Of a stretch of 64,000 nucleotides of DNA, positions 46,371 to 56,655 are shown in pieces (position 1 is the first letter of the stretch; each line of letters begins with the position of its first letter). A program made the position numbers and the translations under genes. The stretch comes from Armatimonadota bacterium (GTDB lineage: Bacteria > Armatimonadota > UBA10988). The stretch spans positions 13,639-77,638 of the forward strand of contig JACRKZ010000032.1 in assembly GCA_016235455.1 (NCBI GenBank), in the 5' to 3' direction. The notes beneath the pieces were generated by a model, which worked only from the letters and a program-made list of their open reading frames with translations, searched no databases and was not told the DNA's origin.

Positions 46371-47234
46371 ATGACGATCTGCCACCCCCACCAGCCCGGG
46401 CTCCGGGTTTTGCTGCTTGGCCGGTACGCCGGCTTGTGGCCCGCCAGCGCCGAACCCATGCAGTTCCCGGCACACTGGGGCCAGCCGCCGGCCATGCAGA
46501 CCGTCGATCTGCGTCCGCTGCCCGGCGACTACGGCGAAGGCAGCAGCACGCTGGCCCAGTGGACCCAGGCCAACCTGGACAAGGACGCTTCCACACCTGA
46601 CAAAGGCCCGCGCCAACCCGACGGCAGCGGCGCAGTGGCCATCACCGGCGAGCTTCGCCAGTGGCACAAGGTCACGCTCACCCTCGACGGCCCGTTTGCG
46701 CACGAGCGCGACACTGCGCCCAACCCTTTCAACGACTACGCCATGGCCGTGGTCTTCACGCATGAGTCCGGCGAGGCGGGCACCAAGTGGCGGGCGCACC
46801 TGTCGCCCGACAAGCCCGGCAGATGGACCTACCTCGTGTCATTCGCCAGAGGTCGGCAGGTCGCCGTTGGCGACGCCCGGGGCGAGGCCGTGGAGCCTTT
46901 CGATGGCCGGAGCGGCAGCTTCGCGATCGGGCCGACCGACAAGACCGGCCGCGACTTACGGGCTCAGGCGCGACTGCGTTATGTGAGCCGACACCATCTC
47001 CAATCTGCCGGCTCGCGGGAGTACTTCCTCAAGGCCGGCGCGGACGCGCCCGAGACGCTGCTCGCGTATGCCGACTTCGACGGCACCCGGCCTGGGCGCA
47101 AACGCGAGGCCCGCACCGGCGAAGCAGCTCCAACCCAGTCGCTACACCGCTACGCACCCCACGTCGCGGACTGGAAGGTGGGCGATCCGCCCGGCGAGCC
47201 CGGAGCGGACCGGCTGGTCGTCGTCCGCAAGTGA
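46371..47234 (+). pseudogene. truncated DUF5060-domain protein remnant
   Basis: GELRQWHKVTLTLDGP, NPFNDY, KWRAHLSPDKPGRWTY, YFLKAGADAPE; ends shortly after WKVGDP with no catalytic barrel and no signal peptide. Confidence 0.6.
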
Positions 47235-47251
47235 GAAGGAGCAGTTTGGGC

Positions 47252-48547
47252 ATGAATCACCTTGTTTGGATGCTCGCGAGCGCCCTCGCCGTCACAGCGG
47301 GCGCCGAGGAAGCCCCTTCGCGCATCGTCGTGCGCGATGGCCAGTTCATCGACGAGGGAACGGGTCGACCGTTCACGCCGCTGGGCGCCAACTACTACCG
47401 CGTGGGCGCGGTGAGCAGTGGCAAGCAAGGGCATTCCGCGCTCTGTCCACCGTCCTACGATCGCGCTTACGTCGAGCGGATGATGACCGACCTGGAGGCA
47501 AGCGGCTTCAACACGCTCCGCGTCTTCCACTCCTTCCTGATGGGCGAGGACGGGATCCTCGCCTCGCCGGAGGCTCGCGAAGTGGCGCCGGGCTACGCGG
47601 CCAACCTGCTGCACCTCTTGCGGACGGCACGCAGTCACCACGTGCGCCTCATCTTCACCTGGGACATCTGGAACCCCACCTCTGAATGGTTGGCTGCGCA
47701 GCCCCTGCCCGACGAAGCGCGCTCCGGCATCCCGATGACCGGCACGCCTGGCATGCTGGTCAATGCGTTTCGCTTCACGCTGCCCGGCGCGCGCACCCGC
47801 GCGGGCTGCATCGTGGCGCTCATCGAGGTCATCAAGAAGGCCGATCCCGGCCTGTTGCCGGTGGTGTTGTCCTGGGAGCTGGAGAACGAGGTCTATTACC
47901 GCGTGGACCAAGCACCGTTCGACAAGCGCGAAGGTCGCTTCACCTTTGCCGGCCGGAGCTATGCGCTGGATTCCGACGCTGAGTTGCAGGCACTGATGGA
48001 CGACAACCTGGTCGCCTGGGCCAATCTGTGCGCCGGCGCCATTCGCCTGGTCTCGGCCGGCGTCTTCTCCTTCGCAGCCGTGGGTCGCGGCGGCCCGGGC
48101 ACCCTCTCGGCCGACCAGACCAAGGACACCCGCGCGCCGGCCCGACTCATGGCGCTGCTGCGCTCTGGCCTCGACTTCCTGGACCTCCACCTCTATGCGT
48201 GGCGCAACAAGGATCAGGGCTTCGAGCACTTCCTGGCCCGCAACCTGGCCTCGGTGGAGTGGGAGGAGCTGCGCGCGGCGGCTCGCAAGGCGGGCAAACC
48301 GATCTTCTGTGGCGAGACCGGCGTCTTCGCCAACTACCTGCGCCGCGCACCCAACTGGCAGGAGATCGATCACCCCCTCGGCCTGGCCAGCTTCCGCGAT
48401 CACCTGCGAGCGATGAGCGGTAACGGGTTCGTCGGCGCCCTCTACTGGCACTACGGCAATCCCGACACCACTCCCGCCGACGAACACCCCGCGCTGGCCT
48501 TGTTCCCCGAGTACGGCAAGTGCCTTCGCGAGGCATGGCAGCGTTGA
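47252..48547 (+). CDS. secreted clan GH-A (GH5-like) glycoside hydrolase
   Basis: AGGAG RBS, signal peptide; FTPLGANY, GFNTLRVF, WELENE, DFLDLHLY, KPIFCGETG. Confidence 0.8.
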   Translation: MNHLVWMLASALAVTAGAEEAPSRIVVRDGQFIDEGTGRPFTPLGANYYRVGAVSSGKQGHSALCPPSYDRAYVERMMTDLEASGFNTLRVFHSFLMGEDGILASPEAREVAPGYAANLLHLLRTARSHHVRLIFTWDIWNPTSEWLAAQPLPDEARSGIPMTGTPGMLVNAFRFTLPGARTRAGCIVALIEVIKKADPGLLPVVLSWELENEVYYRVDQAPFDKREGRFTFAGRSYALDSDAELQALMDDNLVAWANLCAGAIRLVSAGVFSFAAVGRGGPGTLSADQTKDTRAPARLMALLRSGLDFLDLHLYAWRNKDQGFEHFLARNLASVEWEELRAAARKAGKPIFCGETGVFANYLRRAPNWQEIDHPLGLASFRDHLRAMSGNGFVGALYWHYGNPDTTPADEHPALALFPEYGKCLREAWQR

Positions 48548-48596
48548 TGGCGGCATCGCCTCGCGTGGCCTCGCGCCCACGCGGATCCGTGTCATA

Positions 48597-49336
<740 letters not shown>

Positions 49337-49340
<4 letters not shown>

Positions 49341-50326
49341 GCCAAACCGAGACCCACAGCGCCCACGAGCTGTTCCCCACCATCCATGCCGACCTGGCCG
49401 AGATCGAGGGCCGGCTGCGCCGCACGGTGCACTCGCGGCTACCGGTGGTGCCCGAGGTCTACCTGCACACCGTCCATGCCGGTGGCAAGCGCGTCCGCCC
49501 GGCGCTGACGCTGCTCTGCGGCCGGCTGGTGGGTGACGCCGGCGAGGCGACGTTCGACGCCGCCGTGGCGGTGGAGCTGATCCACCTGGCCTCGCTCATC
49601 CACGACGACGTCATCGACGACAGCGGCCGGCGCCGCGCGCGACTGACCGCCAACCGCGTGTGGGGCAACAAGAACGCGGTGCTCGTGGCCGACTTCACCC
49701 ACGCCGTGGCCTACCGCCTGTTGACCCAGCGCTGCGCCATCGAGACCGTCGAGCGGCTCAGCGGCACGGTCGTGCGCATGTGCGAGGGCGAGCTCTGCCA
49801 GATGTACAACGAAGGCAGCTTCGAGGTCACCGAGCCGCTCTACTTCGAGATGATCGCCGACAAGACGGCCTCGCTCATGGCGCTGGCCGGCGAGTTCGGC
49901 GCACTCACCGCGGGTGGCACCCGTGAACAGGCCGCCGCCTGCCACGCCTACGGCGAGAAGGTCGGACTGGCCTTCCAGGTCGTCGACGACCTGCTGGACC
50001 TGACGGGCGACGAGGAGCGCATCGGCAAGCCGGTGGGCAACGACGTGCGCTGTGGCCGGCTGACTCTGCCGCTCATCCACGCGCTCAACCAGCCGGCTGA
50101 ACTGGCCGACCCGGTTCGCAGGATCATCGTCGAGCAGCCCACCACGTCGGAGGCCATGCACGCCCTGCGCGACGCCTTGGCCGCCAGTGGCAGCCTGGCC
50201 TACACCGCCGCCACCGCGCAGCGCCTGGCCAACGAGGCCGCCGTGCAGCTCGCCGACTTCGCGCCGGGCGAGGCGCGCTCGGCACTCGAGGCCCTGGCCG
50301 CCTATGTCGTGGCCCGCACTCTGTAG
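49337..50326 (+). CDS. polyprenyl diphosphate synthase (HepT/IspB-like)
   Basis: GGKRVRP, ASLIHDDVID, KTASL, AFQVVDDLLD, GKPVGND. Confidence 0.93.
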
Positions 50327-50395
50327 CAGATCGGCGCCGAGCACCGCCGCCCGCGGCGGTGCTCGGCGATCACCTGACACCAGCGGGAGGCGCCC

Positions 50396-51250
50396 ATGGC
50401 GGCAGTTCGGTTCGACCCGTGGTTCGACGGCCATACGCACAGCCACTTCTGCCCGCATGGCTCGCGCGAGCCGTTGCGCGGCTACCTGGACCGCGCCGTC
50501 GAGCTCGGCCTGCGCCGGCTGGCCATCACGGAGCACATCCCCGCGCCGGACGGCTTCATCGACCCCATGGGGCCGGGCGAGTGCTACGGACCGATCGCCG
50601 ACCTCGATCCCTACCTGGCCGAGTGCGAGGCGCTGCGCGACGAGTATGCCGACCGTGTGGAAGTGCTCATCGGCCTGGAGATCGACTGGCTGGGCGACGC
50701 GCAAGGCGGCTGGCACGAGCCGCTGCTGGACATCCTGGCGCGCGTCTGGCCGCGGCTGGACCACGAGGCCACGCTGCTGAGCGTGCACTTCCTGGCGGAC
50801 ACGGCCGTGGACGGCACCGCGGCGCTGTCCATGCGCATCGCGCCGGGCGAGCCGGCCGACGCGTACCACCTGGCCTACTACGCCGCGCTGCGCCGGGCGC
50901 TCGACGCGAGCTGGACGCGCGACGGCCAGGATCTGCGCCCGCGCCGCGTCGGCCATCTGACGCTGCCACGCAAGTTCGTCCGCGCGCTGCCGCTGACCGA
51001 CCCCGAGCGCGTGTGGGCTGCCGCGCTGGCCACGGTGGACCACATCGCGCGCGAAGGGCTGCAACTCGACGTCAACGCCGCCGGGCTCGACAAACCCGAC
51101 TGCGGCGAGTTGTATGTGCCCGAGCCGCTGCTGGGAAGGGCCATCGAGCTGGGCGTCGAACTGGTCTTCGGCTCCGACGCCCATGCGCCACGCGGCGTGG
51201 GGAAGCATCTTGACCTGGTGGAAGCGGCGATCGCGGCGCACACGTCGTAG
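50396..51250 (+). CDS. histidinol-phosphatase, PHP family (HisJ/HisK-like)
   Basis: DGHTHSHFCPHG, ITEH, GLEID, LSVHF, GHL, FGSDAH. Confidence 0.88.
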   Translation: MAAVRFDPWFDGHTHSHFCPHGSREPLRGYLDRAVELGLRRLAITEHIPAPDGFIDPMGPGECYGPIADLDPYLAECEALRDEYADRVEVLIGLEIDWLGDAQGGWHEPLLDILARVWPRLDHEATLLSVHFLADTAVDGTAALSMRIAPGEPADAYHLAYYAALRRALDASWTRDGQDLRPRRVGHLTLPRKFVRALPLTDPERVWAAALATVDHIAREGLQLDVNAAGLDKPDCGELYVPEPLLGRAIELGVELVFGSDAHAPRGVGKHLDLVEAAIAAHTS

Positions 51251-51283
51251 TGCCGCGATGCCGCGAGCGATCTGGAGGCAGCC

Positions 51284-52477
51284 ATGGCCATCGCATTCTT
51301 CTGCACCAAGTGCGGCAACTCGCTGAGCGCATTGTATGCCGGCGAGGAAGTGACCTGCCCCCACTGCGGCGAAGTGAACGCTGCCCCGCTGCCACCGGCC
51401 GAGGCGGCGGCGCCAGTCGCGCCAACGCCCGTGGCGCCCGCGACCGACGGGCCGACGCTGGTCATGCCGCCTCCGCCGCCCGCCACGCCGGTCGCGGCGA
51501 CCCCGCCACCGGCAGCGTATAGCACGCCCCCGGCCTACGGCGCTGCGCCGCCGCCCAGGCGCCGCGGCCTGGGCTGGGCCTGCTGCTGCGGCTGCGGGGC
51601 ATTGGCGGCGCTGCTCGGTCTGCTGGTCGTCATCCTGGCCCTGGTGGCCGCGCCGAAGATCAAGGGGCAGGCCTACCTGGGCAAGGCGATCGAGGCTGAG
51701 CAGCCGGTGATCACCGCGCTCACGGCCTACACCTCGAACCCCGCTTGGAAGACGGTCAAGACCCACGAGTTCTCCATGGACAACATGGGTGAGGCCCGCG
51801 ATGCGCTGGAGTCCCTGGCCAAGTCGTCGGCGGACGCGCGCCATGCGGTCGACGCTGCCGAGAAGGCGCTGGCGGGCACCAAGCCACCGGCCGACCTGGC
51901 GGAGCTTGGGCGGCAGATGAGCGATCTGAACGGCCTCTTGAGCGACGGTCTCAACGACATGGAGCCTCAGGTGGACTACCTGGCCTTCATCGTCAAGTCG
52001 CTGGGCACGGCCGCCAAGTCATTCCGCGAGTTGGAGGGCAGCTCGGTCGGCGGGCTCGATTCGGCGGCCGACCTGCTGGGCAAGTGCCGCACCGCGGTGA
52101 AGGCCATCCACGACGAGATCATGGTCAAGTCGGCCCCGCCGGGCTGCGAGAAGCTGCACACCGACACCATTAAGTCGCTCGAAGCGATGTCGAGCGCCTG
52201 CAGCGAGATGTCGGCAGCCATCCGCGCACGCGACTACGGCCGCATGCTGTCGCTGGCCAAGAGCTTTGAGAGCAGCATGACCAGTGCCGCCAAGCGCTTC
52301 GAATCAGCCTACGACTCCTGGGGCACCAAGTCGGACCAGCGCGCCACAGAGTTCGGCAAGCAGGTCCAGGACAAGCTGAACGCGCTGGTCAAGCAGATCG
52401 AGGCCGCGCAGGCCAAGTACGGACTGCCGACGACGGTGGCGCCACCAGCGGCAAACGACGACAAGGCCAAGCGCTAG
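51284..52477 (+). CDS. Zn-ribbon/Pro-rich/TM membrane protein with an extracellular helical domain
   Basis: CTKC..CPHC, Pro-rich linker, WACCCGCG then TM, helical C-terminal region. Confidence 0.75.
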   Translation: MAIAFFCTKCGNSLSALYAGEEVTCPHCGEVNAAPLPPAEAAAPVAPTPVAPATDGPTLVMPPPPPATPVAATPPPAAYSTPPAYGAAPPPRRRGLGWACCCGCGALAALLGLLVVILALVAAPKIKGQAYLGKAIEAEQPVITALTAYTSNPAWKTVKTHEFSMDNMGEARDALESLAKSSADARHAVDAAEKALAGTKPPADLAELGRQMSDLNGLLSDGLNDMEPQVDYLAFIVKSLGTAAKSFRELEGSSVGGLDSAADLLGKCRTAVKAIHDEIMVKSAPPGCEKLHTDTIKSLEAMSSACSEMSAAIRARDYGRMLSLAKSFESSMTSAAKRFESAYDSWGTKSDQRATEFGKQVQDKLNALVKQIEAAQAKYGLPTTVAPPAANDDKAKR

Positions 52478-53841
52478 GCAGCGCTCGGCACGCCACGCCG
52501 GCGGTCGCCGCGGCGCAGTGTCCAGGCCAGCACCGGCGGTGTGACCATGGTCGTGACAATGACCATGATGACCACCGCCGAGTTGGCCACGTCGTTGATG
52601 ACCGGCTCGCCGTTGAGGCGCAACTGCCGGCCAATGGCGGCGAAGATAAGGCCCACCTCGCCACGCGGGATCATGCCCACACCGATGGACAGCCGGTCAA
52701 GCCCCTTGCCGACCACCAGGCCGCAGGACTGCTTGCCTAGGATGGCGGCGACCGTGAGCAGCGCAGCGAAGCCCAGCACGCCGGCCTCACCGAAGGTGCT
52801 GAGGTGCACGGTCATGCCCATCTGCACGAAGAACAGCGGCACCAACAGCGCGGTCAACGGTGCGAGCAGCTCCTCCAACTTGTGGTCGGTGCCCTGGCGG
52901 TCGTTCATCTCGCGGTAGTGCAGTTCGTCGAGCAGGAGGCCCGCGGCGAAGGCACCGACGATGGGCGCCAGACCCACCGCACCGGCCGCCGCGGAGAGCA
53001 GGAAGCAAATGGCCAGCGAGGTGATGAGCAGCAGCCCATCGCCCTGCAGCCGAGAGGCCAGCCCATAGGCGCGGGGCGCCAGCCAGCGCCCGCCGAGCAC
53101 CGACACCACGAGGAAGCCCACCGCCAACAGCACCAGGCCCAGCACGCTGCCTACGGCCAGCGCCTGACCCGTGTCCTTGGCGGTGATCATCGCGGACACG
53201 ACCGCCAGCACGACCAGGCCCATGACATCGTCGATGACGGCCGCGCCCAGCACGATGCGCGACTCATCCTGGTCGAGCCGGCCCAGTTCCTGGAAGACGC
53301 GCGCGGTGATGCCGACGCTGGTGGCGCAGAGCGTGGCACCGATGAAGATATGCGTGAGCGGATCCGGTTGGCCCGGCAGCAGCCAGACCGACACGCCCCA
53401 GCCCAGCACGAACGGACAGACGACGCCGATGCTGGCCACCAGGAACGACGCCACACCGACCTTGAGCATGGCGCCCAGGTCGGACTCCAAGCCCACGGTG
53501 AACAGCAGCAGCACGACGCCCAGGCGCGCCAGAATGTCCATCGGCGTGCCCGGCGTGGTGACATCACGCGAGAGCTGGGTGAGCAGCGCACTGTCGCCGG
53601 TGAGCAGCACCATGTTGCCCAGTACCACACCGGCCACGAGCTCGCCCAGCACCGCCGGCTGACCCAGACGCAAGAACACCGCGCCGCCGAGTTTGGCCGC
53701 ACCGAGCAGCAGCACAATCTCCAGCAGGACCGGCCCGACCGGGTCGCTATGGCTACCCGACTCGCCAGCCCACGCGGCCGTGGATGCGGCCACCAGCGCC
53801 ACCACCGCCCACATGCCATGCCTGCCTAACCAACGCCGCAC
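52474..53841 (-). CDS. cation:proton antiporter (CPA2, Na+/H+ exchanger)
   Basis: PAVLGEL, ATSVGIT, AAVIDD, GAFAAG, GMIPRGEVG; many TM helices. Confidence 0.92.
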   Translation of the reverse strand: MRRWLGRHGMWAVVALVAASTAAWAGESGSHSDPVGPVLLEIVLLLGAAKLGGAVFLRLGQPAVLGELVAGVVLGNMVLLTGDSALLTQLSRDVTTPGTPMDILARLGVVLLLFTVGLESDLGAMLKVGVASFLVASIGVVCPFVLGWGVSVWLLPGQPDPLTHIFIGATLCATSVGITARVFQELGRLDQDESRIVLGAAVIDDVMGLVVLAVVSAMITAKDTGQALAVGSVLGLVLLAVGFLVVSVLGGRWLAPRAYGLASRLQGDGLLLITSLAICFLLSAAAGAVGLAPIVGAFAAGLLLDELHYREMNDRQGTDHKLEELLAPLTALLVPLFFVQMGMTVHLSTFGEAGVLGFAALLTVAAILGKQSCGLVVGKGLDRLSIGVGMIPRGEVGLIFAAIGRQLRLNGEPVINDVANSAVVIMVIVTTMVTPPVLAWTLRRGDRRRGVPSAA

Positions 53842-53867
53842 GATGCTCTCCCGTCGCTCTTGGCCCG

Positions 53868-53896
53868 ATTGTCGGCAGAGGATCCAACCGCGTCAA
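53868..53896 (-). promoter_or_regulatory. sigma70 promoter of the antiporter
   Basis: TTGACG-17 nt-GACAAT. Confidence 0.5.
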
Positions 53897-53918
53897 GGCA
53901 ACGGCCAAGTCTTCACGC

Positions 53919-54890
53919 TCAGGCAACCGGGCCGAAACGTGCGCTCCAGTCGTTCACCAGCTTCTCACCTTCGGCCAGCAGGGCCTTCATCTCGACCTCG
54001 TCGAGCGGCTTGAACTCGCGGGCCCAGGCCAGGTTCTGACGCACCTGCTCGGGCGTGTGCATGCCCAGCACGGCGCACGTCACGCCCTCCTGGCTCAGGC
54101 AGTAGCGCAGCGCCGACTGCAGCCGGTCGACCGCCACCTGCGGCCCGAGATTCGGGCCGATGTAGCGCGACCAGTTGCGGCCGCTGATGCCGCCGAAGAC
54201 CTTCATACCGACGACGCCCATGCCTTGCTTGCGCGCCGCGGCGAGCATGTGCTGCTCGAAGTGGTACTGGTGCGTGTCGACATAGTTGATGGGGAACATG
54301 GTCACATCGAGGCGGCCCGTCTCGATTAGCGGCACCACGCTCGCGGCCCGCGCATGGGCCGTGGCGCCGATGAAGCGCGCCTTGCCGGCCTTCTTCTGCT
54401 GCTCCAGCCAGTCCAGTACGCCACCGGGGTCCATGGCCCGCTTCAGGTCGCGCATCCCGCATTCGTGCAGGTACAGCACGTCCACATGGTCCATGCCGAG
54501 CTGCTTGAGGCTCTCATCGAAGCTTCTCTGCGCGCCGTCCGGGTCGTTCGGGCCGGACTTGGTGGTCACGAGCACCTGGTCGCGCTTGCCCTTCAACACC
54601 CGGCTCAAGGCCTCCTCGGCCTTGCCGTAGATGCGCGCGGCGTCGAACCACAGGATGCCCTCGTCCAGCGCCGCCTGGTAGCAGGCCAGCGTCTCCTCCA
54701 TGGTCACGGTGTTCGACTGCCCACAGCAGGCCGTGCCGAGGCCGACCAGCGGGATGTCCAGCCCGGTCTTGCCGAGCTTGCGCGTGGGCAGCGGCGCCGG
54801 CGCGCTGGCGCCGCGGCCGCGCCAGGCGGCTCCGGCGGCCAACGCGGCGCCTGCTTGCAGGAAGGTACGGCGGTCGGTCGATGATGGCAC
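53919..54890 (-). CDS. Tat-exported aldo/keto reductase
   Basis: GAGGAG RBS + GTG; DRRTFLQ twin-arginine motif; RKLGKTG, FDAARIYG, SLKQLGMDHVDVLYLH. Confidence 0.9.
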   Translation of the reverse strand: MPSSTDRRTFLQAGAALAAGAAWRGRGASAPAPLPTRKLGKTGLDIPLVGLGTACCGQSNTVTMEETLACYQAALDEGILWFDAARIYGKAEEALSRVLKGKRDQVLVTTKSGPNDPDGAQRSFDESLKQLGMDHVDVLYLHECGMRDLKRAMDPGGVLDWLEQQKKAGKARFIGATAHARAASVVPLIETGRLDVTMFPINYVDTHQYHFEQHMLAAARKQGMGVVGMKVFGGISGRNWSRYIGPNLGPQVAVDRLQSALRYCLSQEGVTCAVLGMHTPEQVRQNLAWAREFKPLDEVEMKALLAEGEKLVNDWSARFGPVA

Positions 54891-54920
54891 GATGGCGCTC
54901 CTCGGTTCGCGGGCACGCAA

Positions 54921-54949
54921 TTGACGCGGGCAACCGCGCTCGCTACACT
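54921..54949 (+). promoter_or_regulatory. sigma70 promoter of the methyltransferase
   Basis: TTGACG-17 nt-TACACT. Confidence 0.6.
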
Positions 54950-54999
54950 GGCGGACGCGCCGTAGGGCCGGCGGTTCCCTTGCGCCCGGGATTCCCCCA

Positions 55000-55842
55000 A
55001 TGGCAGACCTCACCATCTACTTCGGCGACAACCTGCCGATCCTCCAGGCGCTGCCCAGCGCGTCGGTCGACATGATCTATATCGATCCGCCGTTCAACAC
55101 AGGCAAGGCCCAACGCCGCACCCAGATCGCCACGGTCCGCGACGAGCACGGCGACCGCACCGGCTTCGCGGGCAAACGCTACCGCACCGTGCCCCTGGCG
55201 ACGCGCGAGTATGCCGACGAGTTCGACGACTACCTCGCCTTCCTCCATCCGCGCCTGACCGAAGCCTATCGCCTGCTGCGACCCACGGGCAGCCTGTTCT
55301 TCCACATCGACTACCGCGAGGTCCACTACTGCAAGGTCATGCTCGACACCCTCTTTGGCCGAGACTCGTTCCTCAACGAGATCATCTGGGCCTATGACTA
55401 CGGCGCGCGCACCAAGACGCGCTGGCCGGCCAAGCACGACAACATCCTGTGGTATGCCGTGGACCCCGAGCACTACCAGTTCGACCTGGACGAGTGCGAC
55501 CGCATCCCCTACATGGCGCCGGGGCTGGTCGGCCCCGAGAAGGCGGCCCGCGGCAAGACGCCGACCGATACCTGGTGGCACACCATCGTCAGCCCCAACG
55601 GTCGCGAGAAGACCGGCTACCCGACCCAGAAGCCGCGCGGCATCATCGACCGGCTGGTGAAGGTGCACTCGCGGCCCGGCGACCTGCTGCTGGACTTCTT
55701 TGCCGGCAGCGGCACGCTGGGCGAGTCAGCCCTGGCGCTGGGCCGGCGCTGCACCCTCGTCGACAGCAGCGAGGAGGCCATGCGCGTCATGGCCAAGCGC
55801 TTTGGCGCGGCGGAGGTGGACTGGGTGGGCTGGTCGCCCTAA
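55000..55842 (+). CDS. site-specific DNA methyltransferase (N6A/N4C, beta class)
   Basis: IDPPF (motif IV) N-terminal, YPTQKP, LLDFFAGSG (motif I) C-terminal. Confidence 0.93.
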   Translation: MADLTIYFGDNLPILQALPSASVDMIYIDPPFNTGKAQRRTQIATVRDEHGDRTGFAGKRYRTVPLATREYADEFDDYLAFLHPRLTEAYRLLRPTGSLFFHIDYREVHYCKVMLDTLFGRDSFLNEIIWAYDYGARTKTRWPAKHDNILWYAVDPEHYQFDLDECDRIPYMAPGLVGPEKAARGKTPTDTWWHTIVSPNGREKTGYPTQKPRGIIDRLVKVHSRPGDLLLDFFAGSGTLGESALALGRRCTLVDSSEEAMRVMAKRFGAAEVDWVGWSP

Positions 55843-55938
55843 GCGCGCCGAGGCGTTTGCACGTCCCTCTGGGCCTGCTACGCTGGGTCGGGCTGAGGAA
55901 CGTGCCACGCGTCCCAGCCATGAGGGGAGAACCAAGAC

Positions 55939-56595
55939 ATGGGCTTCATGTACGCTCCGGCCACGATCGATTCCTGGCAGCAGGGCTTGGCCGACACGGA
56001 CCGGCACTGGAAAGACGGTTACTCCGCCAAGTCGCTCTGCGACGCATGGCACGACGCCGACGGATTCCCGGACAAGGTGGCACGCGTCTTGCGTACGGAG
56101 CCACGGTTCGCCGATCTGGCCATGCTGCTGGGCATTCCCGAGCACAAGGTCTCATTGGTTGGCCACGGCAAGCCGTCGCAGAACGACCTGTGGGTCCTGG
56201 CGCGCACGCCGCGCGAGCTGGTGTCCATCGCGGTCGAGGGCAAGGTGGCCGAGGACTTCGGTCCGACGGTGGCCAAGTGGAGCACGGGCGCTAGTGATGG
56301 CAAGACGGTCCGCCTCGCCATGCTCGCCGACCTACTCGCCCTGCCCAACCCGGTGCCCGGCGACCTGCGCTACCAACTGCTCCACCGCACTGCCTCGGCC
56401 ATCCTTGAGGCGCAACGCTTTGGCGCGCCGTGTGCGCTGATGGTTGTGCACTCGTTCAGCGCCGAGCACGCCCATCTCGGAGACTACCAAGCCTTCGCCG
56501 CGCAACTGGGCGCGGCCAAGTGCGGCACAGACGACATCGCGCACATCGGTGTGCGTGGCGGCGTCGACCTCTATCTCGGCTGGGTGGCTCCATAG
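55939..56595 (+). CDS. DUF6946-like putative PD-(D/E)XK nuclease
   Basis: WKDGYSAK, PEHKV, SQNDL...VEGKV.E.FG, LRYQLLHRTASA, MVVHSF. Confidence 0.7.
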   Translation: MGFMYAPATIDSWQQGLADTDRHWKDGYSAKSLCDAWHDADGFPDKVARVLRTEPRFADLAMLLGIPEHKVSLVGHGKPSQNDLWVLARTPRELVSIAVEGKVAEDFGPTVAKWSTGASDGKTVRLAMLADLLALPNPVPGDLRYQLLHRTASAILEAQRFGAPCALMVVHSFSAEHAHLGDYQAFAAQLGAAKCGTDDIAHIGVRGGVDLYLGWVAP

Positions 56596-56655
56596 AGCCC
56601 GCATCGACCGGGCGTGCCGCTGAGTGGCCGAACTGCCGATCTGGCGCGAGCGGGT

